Origin: Desulfuromonas sp.
Lineage (GTDB): Bacteria; Desulfobacterota; Desulfuromonadia; Desulfuromonadales; BM515
Length of the DNA: 64,000 bases
Direction: 5' to 3'
Assembly: GCA_002869635.1 (NCBI GenBank)
Contig: PKUF01000121.1
Coordinates: 26,650-90,649, forward strand
Part shown: in pieces, positions 7,580 to 16,285 of the stretch
Layout of the letters: every line of letters starts with the position of its first letter
Numbering within the stretch: position 1 is the first letter of the stretch
Notes under the pieces: model-generated
What the model was told of the DNA's origin: nothing
The model's input: the letters and a program-made list of their open reading frames with translations, nothing else
Database searches by the model: none
Position numbers and translations under genes: made by a program

Positions 7580-9943
7580 ATGTTCAAAACGATCATGTTG
7601 CGCTGGAAAATTCTCATTGCCCTCTTCTGCCTCTCTGCCATCCCCTTGGCCGTGGCGACCACCATCCTCTCCAATGTCACTACGGACCAGATCGACCAGG
7701 GGATGGAGGCTCGGGCCAGTGAAGTAAATAACTTCGTCGGCAAGAGCATTGAGTCGGGGCAGCAGGAAACCAGTAATTACATACGGCTTTTAGCCCGCAG
7801 TACTGACATGGTCAATGCTCTTTACTACGCCACCCTCACCGGCGACAGCGAACAGGTCGGCAAAATTGTTGGCGAAAGCCAGCAGCTCTTCAATCTCGAC
7901 CTCGTAACGGTTCTTGACCAGAACGGCAACGTTCTGTTGCGCTCGGACCAACAAGTGGTCACTTCCGCCGAAGAGGGGCTCCCCGACTATCTCGCCCCCG
8001 CTTTGGTCGGCGAAGAGGTCTCAAGCATCAGCATTGTCGACGGCTCTCTCGCCATGGTCTGCGCCACCCCGGTACGTCTTAAAGCCGACCAGATCGGCGT
8101 TCTCGTTGGTGCGAATTTCCTCAACGACAGCTATGCCCACTACATCAGAAAACTCAGCAGCGCTGAAATCGCCTTTTACAATGGCAACAAGGTCACAGCG
8201 ACGACTCTTGCCGAACTGAGAACCGTGGATCGTGGCTCTTTTGAAAACAACAAGGGAGAGAGCAACCTCGGTGAAGCGCCCTTTTTTATCTTCGACAAAA
8301 GCCTTGGTCAGAGTCGGGGGATCCTCATCGCCCTCGACCGTAGCGATTCGGTTGCCGCCCAGTGGAATTTCCGTAAAATCGCTCTCTTGGTCATGCTCGC
8401 CGCCATCGGCCTCGCCATCGCCGTTGGCCTGACCATCTCGCACGGCATCGTCAAACCTCTCACCGCTGTCGTCGCCAACCTGCAGGAATTCGCTGAAGGG
8501 GAAGGGGACCTGACCCGCACCATCGACATTCAGACCAACGACGAAATTGGCCAACTCGCCGGCAGCTTCAACCGCTTCATTGCCCGTCTCGGCGACATGG
8601 TTCGTCGCACCCGCGGGGTCTCTGTCGATCTCAACAAAGCAAGCGATCAAGTCGGGAGCATCGTTCGTGATGTTCGAGAAGGCTCGAACCAGCAGTCACT
8701 CTCGCTCGAGGAGTCGTATCAGGCGATGCAAGGGGTTGAAACCTCCATCTCGGGGATCGCTGAAAGCACCGGTTCGCTGGTGGAAGCCGCGGAAGAGAGT
8801 TCCTCGGCCACTCTCGAACTCGGCGCAACCATCGAGGAGATCGCCACCCAGATGGAGAAACTCTTCGCCACCGTTGAAGAGGTCTCAAGCTCAATCAGCG
8901 AAATGTCGGTCTCAAGTCAGCAGATCGCCGAAAATGTTGAGGTTCTCTCCTCCTCCACCGAAGTAACGGCCTCCTCCATCACCGAGCTTGACGCCTCGAT
9001 CAAAGAGATTGAGGAAAATGCCGAACGGACCAGCCTCCTTTCGGACGAAGCGGCTCAAGATGCCCAAAAGGGAAAAGAGGCGGTGGACGAAACAATTCAG
9101 GGGATCGGTGCCATCCGTGAGATGGTCGACAAGGCGAGCGGTGCCATCCTCGAACTTGGAAACCAGTCAAACGCCATCGGCAAGATTCTCACCGTCATTG
9201 ACGAGGTTGCCGACCAGACCAGCCTCCTCGCCCTCAACGCCGCCATCATCGCCGCCCAAGCCGGTGAACATGGAAAAGGATTCGCTGTTGTGGCTGATGA
9301 AATTCGTGAACTCGCTGAGCGCACCGCCGTCTCAACCCGCGAAATTGCCAGCATCATCAACAGCCTCCAAAACGGCACCAAAGAGGCCGTCACCGCGATG
9401 AACGCTGGCAGTGAGCGAGTCCATCAGGAGGTAGAACGCTCGAAAATCGCCGGGGATGCCCTCGAAAAGATCCGTACCAGTACCCTCAAGGCACGGGAAC
9501 AGGTCGGAGGAATCGTCCGGGCAACTCAGGAACAATCCCGTGGCAGCCGACAGATCACCAACTCGATCAACCAAGTCGCCTCTATGCTCGACCAGATCGC
9601 CACCGCGATCCGCCAACAGACCGATGGGACGCGACAGCTTGCCCGTGCCGCCGAAGCGATGAAGGAGATCGCCTCGCAAGGGAAGCTGAGCACTGCTGAG
9701 CAAGCGAAAGGGAGTCGCCAGATCAACATCAGCATGGAGAAAATCCGCTCCATGATCGAACGAATTGACGAAGCGACCCGCGAACAGACCCAGAGCAGCC
9801 GTCAGGTGGTCGAGGCGGTCTCCCGTATCCGCGAACTCGCTGAAGGGACAACCACCCGCACCGCCGATCTCGACGAAGTCGTCGCCTCACTGCTCAATCA
9901 GACATCCGCCCTAGAGGAGGAAGTCGGCGCCTTTAAGGCATGA
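7580..9943 (+). CDS. Methyl-accepting chemotaxis protein (periplasmic sensor, HAMP, long signalling domain)
   Basis: Two TM segments flank a roughly 250-aa periplasmic domain. HAMP (DLTRTIDIQTNDEIGQLAGSFNRF). Conserved MCP hairpin LLALNAAIIAAQAGEHGKGFAVVADEIRELAERT. Confidence 0.9.
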   Translation: MFKTIMLRWKILIALFCLSAIPLAVATTILSNVTTDQIDQGMEARASEVNNFVGKSIESGQQETSNYIRLLARSTDMVNALYYATLTGDSEQVGKIVGESQQLFNLDLVTVLDQNGNVLLRSDQQVVTSAEEGLPDYLAPALVGEEVSSISIVDGSLAMVCATPVRLKADQIGVLVGANFLNDSYAHYIRKLSSAEIAFYNGNKVTATTLAELRTVDRGSFENNKGESNLGEAPFFIFDKSLGQSRGILIALDRSDSVAAQWNFRKIALLVMLAAIGLAIAVGLTISHGIVKPLTAVVANLQEFAEGEGDLTRTIDIQTNDEIGQLAGSFNRFIARLGDMVRRTRGVSVDLNKASDQVGSIVRDVREGSNQQSLSLEESYQAMQGVETSISGIAESTGSLVEAAEESSSATLELGATIEEIATQMEKLFATVEEVSSSISEMSVSSQQIAENVEVLSSSTEVTASSITELDASIKEIEENAERTSLLSDEAAQDAQKGKEAVDETIQGIGAIREMVDKASGAILELGNQSNAIGKILTVIDEVADQTSLLALNAAIIAAQAGEHGKGFAVVADEIRELAERTAVSTREIASIINSLQNGTKEAVTAMNAGSERVHQEVERSKIAGDALEKIRTSTLKAREQVGGIVRATQEQSRGSRQITNSINQVASMLDQIATAIRQQTDGTRQLARAAEAMKEIASQGKLSTAEQAKGSRQINISMEKIRSMIERIDEATREQTQSSRQVVEAVSRIRELAEGTTTRTADLDEVVASLLNQTSALEEEVGAFKA

Positions 9944-10734
9944 CCAACTCCCCCTTCACCTTGACCCTGCTCGGGACCGGCACCAGCACCGGGGTTCCAG
10001 TCATCGGCTGCAACTGCAGCGTCTGCCGCAGCGACGATCCGCGCAACCGCCGCACCCGATGCAGTGCGCTCTGGAGTTGGGAGGGACACCATATCTTGGT
10101 CGATACGGCAACCGATCTGCGACAGCAGGCCTTGCGCCAAGGCTTCACCCGAGTCGATGCCGTTCTGATTACCCACACCCACGCCGACCATATACATGGG
10201 ATCGACGATCTACGCACCTTCAACTTTACCAGCGGGGCGGCCATCCCCCTCTATGGCTCGACATCGGTGACCACAGCGATCCGCCGGACCTTTCGCTACA
10301 TTTTTCACGACGAGCCTGAAAGCGGCTACCGCCCTCGGCTAGAGACTCATAGCATCGACACTCCCTTCTCTCTTTTCGGCCGTACCGTCATCCCTGTTCC
10401 ACTGCAACACGGTGGCGGCCACTGTTTCGGCTACCGCATCGGAAACGCGGCCTATCTCACCGACTGCAATGGCATCTCTGACGACTCGTTCTCACTGCTA
10501 GAAGGGCTCGACCTTGTTGTTCTCGACGCCTTGCGCTTTAAGCCACACCAGACCCATTTCAACATCCCCCAAGCGATCGAAGTGGCCAAAAAAATTGCCG
10601 CGAAACGGACTCTTTTGACTCATCTCAGTCACGATGTCGACCACGCCTATCATGGCGAAAAACTCCCCAAGGGAATTGAATTTGCCTTTGACGGACAAAC
10701 GATCGTTTTGTCCGAAAGGGACGTAACATCCTGA
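9940..10734 (+). CDS. MBL-fold metallo-hydrolase (PhnP/GPMB-like)
   Basis: LGTGTSTGVP..C.C..C and the HTHADHIHG motif. 4-bp overlap with the MCP gene. Confidence 0.8.
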   Translation: MTNSPFTLTLLGTGTSTGVPVIGCNCSVCRSDDPRNRRTRCSALWSWEGHHILVDTATDLRQQALRQGFTRVDAVLITHTHADHIHGIDDLRTFNFTSGAAIPLYGSTSVTTAIRRTFRYIFHDEPESGYRPRLETHSIDTPFSLFGRTVIPVPLQHGGGHCFGYRIGNAAYLTDCNGISDDSFSLLEGLDLVVLDALRFKPHQTHFNIPQAIEVAKKIAAKRTLLTHLSHDVDHAYHGEKLPKGIEFAFDGQTIVLSERDVTS

Positions 10735-10815
10735 TTTCTCCTTGTCAGCCAGTAGCGCTTACGCGTACTATGAGAGACCGTTTGCTCACACCCACCCCAA
10801 CGATGACGACGGCGT

Positions 10816-12642
10816 ATGCATCAGGAAATCCGCCTGCACGGGCACATTAACGACGATATCGAATACTTCGCCACCGGTGCCGCCCGCGACATCTATCAGA
10901 GCTATTTCTATGAGGTTGCCGGTGACGGGCTCCGTTTCTTCTCCCCCGGAAACGAGCTTGTCCTTGAACCGGAAGGAGTCAGCCACCGCGGCAACGGTGG
11001 TTCGATCTGTGAGTACATGTTCGGGGTCGACCTGCCGCTGGCTGACCTTGCCAAAACCGATGTCTGCAACCGCCTCGTCCTCTATGGCGGGACCTATCAG
11101 GAGGGAGGCCACCTCCTCTTCACCCCTCAGACCGACGGCAACCGCAGCTACGAGCAAATTTTTTTTGAAGGCAACGCTGTTCGCAATTACTTCTTCTTCC
11201 TCACCGGTTCGGTTTCGGGGCCATCGCAGGAACAGCAAGAAGGAATCTTACGGCTACTCGGCAAACTCTTAAAACGCAGCACCTGCGTCGGCGAAGGAGA
11301 GGATGCCGGCCTCATTGATGAGATCTTCGGTCTGCTCGGCCATCGCAGTTCGTTCTACTTGATCAAACTCCTGCACAAAAAACACGCCATCTACCAACAG
11401 ACCTTCAGCGAGCTCTATCACCGCTACAAATCAATCCCCGACAGCGAGTACGAACGACTACAGCAGTTGGCAGAGAAACTCGGGGTCAGCCGCTATCAGC
11501 AGGAGCGGATCCGCATCGACGTGATGTATAAACATCCCGACAACCGGCGGATCGTCGACGAATACAAAAATATTCTTATTGAGTGTGACCGCAAAGGCTC
11601 GATCAGCCGCCTCGAAAACGCCCGCCTCACCCGCCTAAAAACACTCTCGGTACGCAACAAGATACCAGCGGCGCTCTTCTACACCCTCGACGAGATGCTC
11701 AAGAATGACAAACACGTCGAGATTGAAGAGCAGGACTATCTCTCTGAAACCCGGCAGGTGCTTGAGGGAATTTTCCTGCAGGAGCACCTTATCGACGCCA
11801 GCATTGATCGCGACGATATGATCCGCCTGCTTCACGCTAAACGCAAGGCGAGTGACAACCGCGACCACACCTTTGAGCAGATCCTGCTAGAGACGGGCAA
11901 AGCCTGCGACGAGAAGATCCGCGACGGTGGCGATATCTCCCTACTCGAGAGTTTCTCCTATATCATCACCTACTTCGACCGCTACGATAACACCGCAGCC
12001 AATATCGGACAGCTCGCCTTCATGGAGAACGTCCGTCTGAGCGAAGAGATGATTCGCAGCCTGCTCGGCAACAAGAAAGAGTTCGACCTGCTCGGCGAGC
12101 CTCTCTTTGAACAGCTCATCTTCCAGCCCCTCTTTGAAAACAAGTACCTCGGCAAATTCGGCCGTAAGAAGATTACCCTCTTGCGACAGGGGCTGACCGC
12201 CATTGAACAGGGAAGCACTACCGTCAAAGAGCTCCTCGCTTCCCTCATGGTTGTCGGAAGCCATGAGAAGACCTACGGAATCCTCCTCGATCACATCAAA
12301 GACCGTATTCGCAACTTCTACTCCCGCTACAGCACCCGAGCCGAACAAAAAGAACTCCTTAAGGAGATCGAAGAGGAGTTACGCAACAAAGGTCTCATCA
12401 AAGAACCGATCTCAGCGCCACTCTTCTTTGACGTTGTGGTCAGTATCAAGAAGGAGTCGGTCTACCTCCACAACCTGCTGCCGAAGATCGTCGCCGAACG
12501 CGATGTCGCCCTGCGCGAAGACTTCCTCGAAAACAGCGGCCTCGACCGATTCTACGTCGAGGAACTCGAGCGTGAATACTACGAGCTCAACCACCTCGAC
12601 CTCGACGATCTCTATCTCATCCGTAAGAGCCTGACCGACTGA
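10816..12642 (+). CDS. Conserved hypothetical protein, 608 aa
   Basis: Long uninterrupted ORF with host-like codon usage. No catalytic motif recognised. Confidence 0.6.
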   Translation: MHQEIRLHGHINDDIEYFATGAARDIYQSYFYEVAGDGLRFFSPGNELVLEPEGVSHRGNGGSICEYMFGVDLPLADLAKTDVCNRLVLYGGTYQEGGHLLFTPQTDGNRSYEQIFFEGNAVRNYFFFLTGSVSGPSQEQQEGILRLLGKLLKRSTCVGEGEDAGLIDEIFGLLGHRSSFYLIKLLHKKHAIYQQTFSELYHRYKSIPDSEYERLQQLAEKLGVSRYQQERIRIDVMYKHPDNRRIVDEYKNILIECDRKGSISRLENARLTRLKTLSVRNKIPAALFYTLDEMLKNDKHVEIEEQDYLSETRQVLEGIFLQEHLIDASIDRDDMIRLLHAKRKASDNRDHTFEQILLETGKACDEKIRDGGDISLLESFSYIITYFDRYDNTAANIGQLAFMENVRLSEEMIRSLLGNKKEFDLLGEPLFEQLIFQPLFENKYLGKFGRKKITLLRQGLTAIEQGSTTVKELLASLMVVGSHEKTYGILLDHIKDRIRNFYSRYSTRAEQKELLKEIEEELRNKGLIKEPISAPLFFDVVVSIKKESVYLHNLLPKIVAERDVALREDFLENSGLDRFYVEELEREYYELNHLDLDDLYLIRKSLTD

Positions 12643-12702
12643 CCCCTTTTCTGAACCGGGTCATATCATCAACGGAGTTTTCGCTTCTGACGTGAGGCGC
12701 CC

Positions 12703-14766
12703 ATGCTCCCGCTCCCCCTCTCTCAGACCCGCAACCTTGGCATCATCTCCCATATCGACGCCGGCAAAACGACGGTTTCGGAACGGATTCTCTATTTCAG
12801 CGGCGAGATTCATCGCATGGGCGAAGTCCACGACGGTGAAGCAACCATGGATTGGATGAAGCAGGAACAGCAGCGCGGCATCACCATTACCGCCAGCGCC
12901 ACCTGCTGTCGCTGGAAGGAGGGGTGGCTTCAACTCATTGACACCCCCGGCCACATCGATTTCACCATTGAAGTTGAACGCACCCTTCGAATCCTCGATG
13001 GCGCAATCACCATCTTCAGCGCCGTCGAGGGGGTCCAACCTCAGAGTGAGGCAGTATGGCGTCAGGCCGACCGCTACGGTCTGCCACGTCTCTGCCTGAT
13101 CAACAAGATGGACCGACTCGGTGCCGCCCCTCTCACTGTCTTGCAGCAGATAGAAACACGACTTGGAGCCAAAGGGTTGCTGATGCAGCTTCCTCTGGGG
13201 AGTGAACATAACTTCTGCGGGGTAATTGACCTGCTCAGCCGCGAGCAACTCCTCTTTAACGAAGACGGGAAAATGGAGATTCAGCGCCAGCCGCTGCCTG
13301 CTGAACGACGAAAAGAGGTCGAAGCGTCAAGAGAAAAGCTTCTCGAGACGCTGGCGGATGAAGATGACGCCATTCTCGAAGCCCTGCTCGAGGGGAAGGA
13401 TCTGCCACTTTCGCAACTGAAAGAGGCTCTACGTCGCGAGGTGCTGGCGGGCCGCCTCTTCCCGGTCTTTCTCGGCGCAGCGCTGCGTAACATCGGGATC
13501 CAGCCGCTACTCGACGCCGTGCTCGACTACCTCCCCTCCCCTCTTGATCTCCCCCCTCTTCAGGCCAATATTCCCGAAACGGAGCAGGTCGAAACGATTC
13601 GGTGCCGACCAGACGCTCCCCTTTGCGCCCTCGCCTTCAAGGTCGCCAGCAACGAGGGACACAAGCTGACTTGGGCCCGCCTTTACGCCGGGCGGTTGAA
13701 CGTTGGCGATCTGGTTCATCTTTCGAACCATCACAAAAGTGAAAAGGTCAGTCGACTTTTTCGCCTCCATGCCCAGAAGCGTGAGCGGCTCGAATCCGTT
13801 GAGGCAGGAGAGATCGTCGCGATCGGCGGTCTTAAGGAGGTGACAACCGGCAACACCCTGTGCAGTGCCGATCATCCCTTGCTCCTCCCAGGACTGCCCA
13901 TCCCCGAAGCGGTGGTGAGCCTGGCGCTGGAGGCGGTAAGTCACGACGACCGGGAAAAGCTTCCGAAAGTACTGGAGCGTCTGCAGTGGGAAGACCCGAC
14001 CCTGATCGTACGTGAGGATGGGGAAACGGGAGAACTGCTTATCTCAGGAATGGGAGAGTTACACCTTGAGATTGTTCTTGAGCGGCTACAGCGTGAGCAA
14101 GGGGTTCAGGTTCGTAGCGGCCGCCCGCAGGTGATTTACCGCGAGAGCATCGGCAAAAAGGTACGACACCGGGAGATTTATCACCGAGAGTTTGAAGGGA
14201 AAATCCTGCACGGTGAAATCGATCTGAGCCTGCGTCCTCTTGCTCGTGGCGAGGGCGTGCAGATCGTCAGCAAAGATGGAATCGACAGCGCCCTCCCTCG
14301 CGCTTGGCGCGAGGGGATCGCCACCACACTTCAAGCGCTCTGTCAGGGAGGGATCATCACCGGCTACCCCTGCACCGACCTTGAAATATGCCTTGAGGCG
14401 ATCCCCTTTGTCGCCGGAGAAACCAGCGAACCCGGCTTACGGGCCGCGGCCCAGCGGGGAGGGACACTGGCGGTACGCCGTGCCGCGCCACTTTTGCTCG
14501 AACCGGTGATGCGACTCGAGCTAAGCGTCCCGACCGAAGACGCCGGACGGACTCTCGGGGGATTGCAGCAGAAACGAGGACGTATTGAAGGGCTGCAGAG
14601 TCAGAAGGAGATTGAACTGATCACCGCTTTTGTTCCGCTGACCGAGATCTTCGGCTACGCCACCGAACTCCGCAGCGCCACCCACGGCCGTGGCAGCTTC
14701 AACCTCAGCTTCTCACACTACGAGCCTGCTCCATCAGCAGAGCAGGCTCGATTCGGTCTCGCCTAG
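12703..14766 (+). CDS. Elongation factor G paralogue (EF-G-like GTPase)
   Basis: G1 SHIDAGKTT, G3 DTPGHIDF, G4 NKMD. Full five-domain length. Confidence 0.9.
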   Translation: MLPLPLSQTRNLGIISHIDAGKTTVSERILYFSGEIHRMGEVHDGEATMDWMKQEQQRGITITASATCCRWKEGWLQLIDTPGHIDFTIEVERTLRILDGAITIFSAVEGVQPQSEAVWRQADRYGLPRLCLINKMDRLGAAPLTVLQQIETRLGAKGLLMQLPLGSEHNFCGVIDLLSREQLLFNEDGKMEIQRQPLPAERRKEVEASREKLLETLADEDDAILEALLEGKDLPLSQLKEALRREVLAGRLFPVFLGAALRNIGIQPLLDAVLDYLPSPLDLPPLQANIPETEQVETIRCRPDAPLCALAFKVASNEGHKLTWARLYAGRLNVGDLVHLSNHHKSEKVSRLFRLHAQKRERLESVEAGEIVAIGGLKEVTTGNTLCSADHPLLLPGLPIPEAVVSLALEAVSHDDREKLPKVLERLQWEDPTLIVREDGETGELLISGMGELHLEIVLERLQREQGVQVRSGRPQVIYRESIGKKVRHREIYHREFEGKILHGEIDLSLRPLARGEGVQIVSKDGIDSALPRAWREGIATTLQALCQGGIITGYPCTDLEICLEAIPFVAGETSEPGLRAAAQRGGTLAVRRAAPLLLEPVMRLELSVPTEDAGRTLGGLQQKRGRIEGLQSQKEIELITAFVPLTEIFGYATELRSATHGRGSFNLSFSHYEPAPSAEQARFGLA

Positions 14767-15932
14767 AGGCTCCCTTGGAGCCAGGCACTGATCGCCCGCT
14801 GTGTCGCTGGCCAACCCGCCCCGAGACGCTGCTCAAGAAAAGCGGCAAAGAGGCTGTCGAAGAGTTGCAACCCCTCTTCCACCACCGCCATCCGCTCGAA
14901 AAAAACCGCCTCGCGCTCACTCGCTGCATCGGTAAGAGCATCCTTCTCAAGATGCACCGCCGGCGCTCGGTAAGAGGCGAACTGAAAGAGTTCCCCTTTT
15001 AGGTTCAGTTTCCAGAGATTCTCGTTTTTTTCAAGATAGAGAACTGCCTCGCTGATGCTCTTGCCATTCTGCAAAGCGACACAAACTTCGCTGAAGTTGC
15101 TCTGTGGCCCGCTGACCGTCACCTTTTGCGTCCCCTCTTCTCCCCCACCACAGAGCACCAACCGGTCATTAAGGTAGGCGGTGAAGGTCTCCCCTTCCGC
15201 CGCAGGACCAGGTTGATCAATCCGCCAAGCGGCGCTGCCGTTCATGGTAGCGAACATCATCCAAAGGAGAAAGTCGTCACCGATCCAGCGATTGTCGCGG
15301 ATCATCTCAAGAATTCCGTCCCCTCGGGCCCCATTGGCCTGCTGTAGCGCCTCACGACAGGTCGGCGACACGACGGAGAGAGCCCGGGCGTAGGGATGAA
15401 TTGGGACAAGGCGTAGGCCGGGGAAACTCTGACGAAACTGGGTCTCGAAAAGATCGACGACCTTGGGGCTGAGATTCGCCAAGGTCAGACGCTGGCACCG
15501 AGTATCCCAGACGGCATCGAAAATCGCCGGGGTCGGCAAGGTCCGCGCCAGGAGTGAGCCATAGACCGCCTCCTTCAACTCTTCACGGCGCGCCTTGGGG
15601 ACACGGTTTAATCCAGGGTTGGCAGCGAGAAAATCGCGCTGTGCCAACTCAAGATAGGAACGGAGTAGGGTCGGTGGAATACGACGCTGGTCCCGCCGTA
15701 ATGAGAAGAAGAGATAATGATCACGACTGTACGCCGGAAGGGAAAAATCACCGACACTGCTGTCATCGAGTTCAACCCAACCGACGGAAAGTTCATCGGC
15801 GCTCTGATCGATATTGACAAAGCGACGAGCCATCAGGTGTTCCCCCACCCATGTCGTCAAGTCGCCGGAAGGAAGGTCCCCCTCGACCGCGAATTGGCTG
15901 ATACTTACTGAATTGGCGAGAATTCCCATCAC
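14763..15932 (-). CDS. rdgC: RdgC-like recombination-associated protein
   Basis: N-terminal two-thirds resembles RdgC (..VGWV.., LFFSLRRDQRRIP.., KARREELKE). About 85 aa longer than the E. coli protein. Confidence 0.6.
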   Translation of the reverse strand: MMGILANSVSISQFAVEGDLPSGDLTTWVGEHLMARRFVNIDQSADELSVGWVELDDSSVGDFSLPAYSRDHYLFFSLRRDQRRIPPTLLRSYLELAQRDFLAANPGLNRVPKARREELKEAVYGSLLARTLPTPAIFDAVWDTRCQRLTLANLSPKVVDLFETQFRQSFPGLRLVPIHPYARALSVVSPTCREALQQANGARGDGILEMIRDNRWIGDDFLLWMMFATMNGSAAWRIDQPGPAAEGETFTAYLNDRLVLCGGGEEGTQKVTVSGPQSNFSEVCVALQNGKSISEAVLYLEKNENLWKLNLKGELFQFASYRAPAVHLEKDALTDAASEREAVFFERMAVVEEGLQLFDSLFAAFLEQRLGAGWPATQRAISAWLQGSL

Positions 15933-16285
15933 ATATCACTCCTTGTGAGCTTGAACGTTGGTTGAAAAAGTGGGACAGACTAGCAGGTTTTTGCCAAAGA
16001 AAGAAGGGGCCAGCTGTTTCGCCGGCCCAAACCCAGATTGAGTTAAAGAAATTCTTTCTAAATCAGGCGTCGCCATCTTCTTGTCGCTACGATTTGGTAA
16101 ATGAATAACCGTAAATGCTATTCTCTCATTAACTATCCTGAATGTTGACATTACCACATTAACCAAATACGAAACACGGTATGGTAATTGTATGTTTTCA
16201 GGATGTTGACAGCGATGTCAGCCTCTTGGGGTGTCCACAATGGGGTGGTCTCCCCACTTTATGGATTGGCGTTCATGAGGGGGCC

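Noticed and set aside
16060-16285. AT-rich region with a duplicated ATGTTGACA (about 16141 and 16200) upstream of the spermidine-synthase-like gene, considered as a small RNA or mobile-element scar
   Set aside because: Only two short -35-like repeats with no flanking inverted repeats or structure that I could support. Most simply read as tandem promoter elements. Not enough evidence to call.
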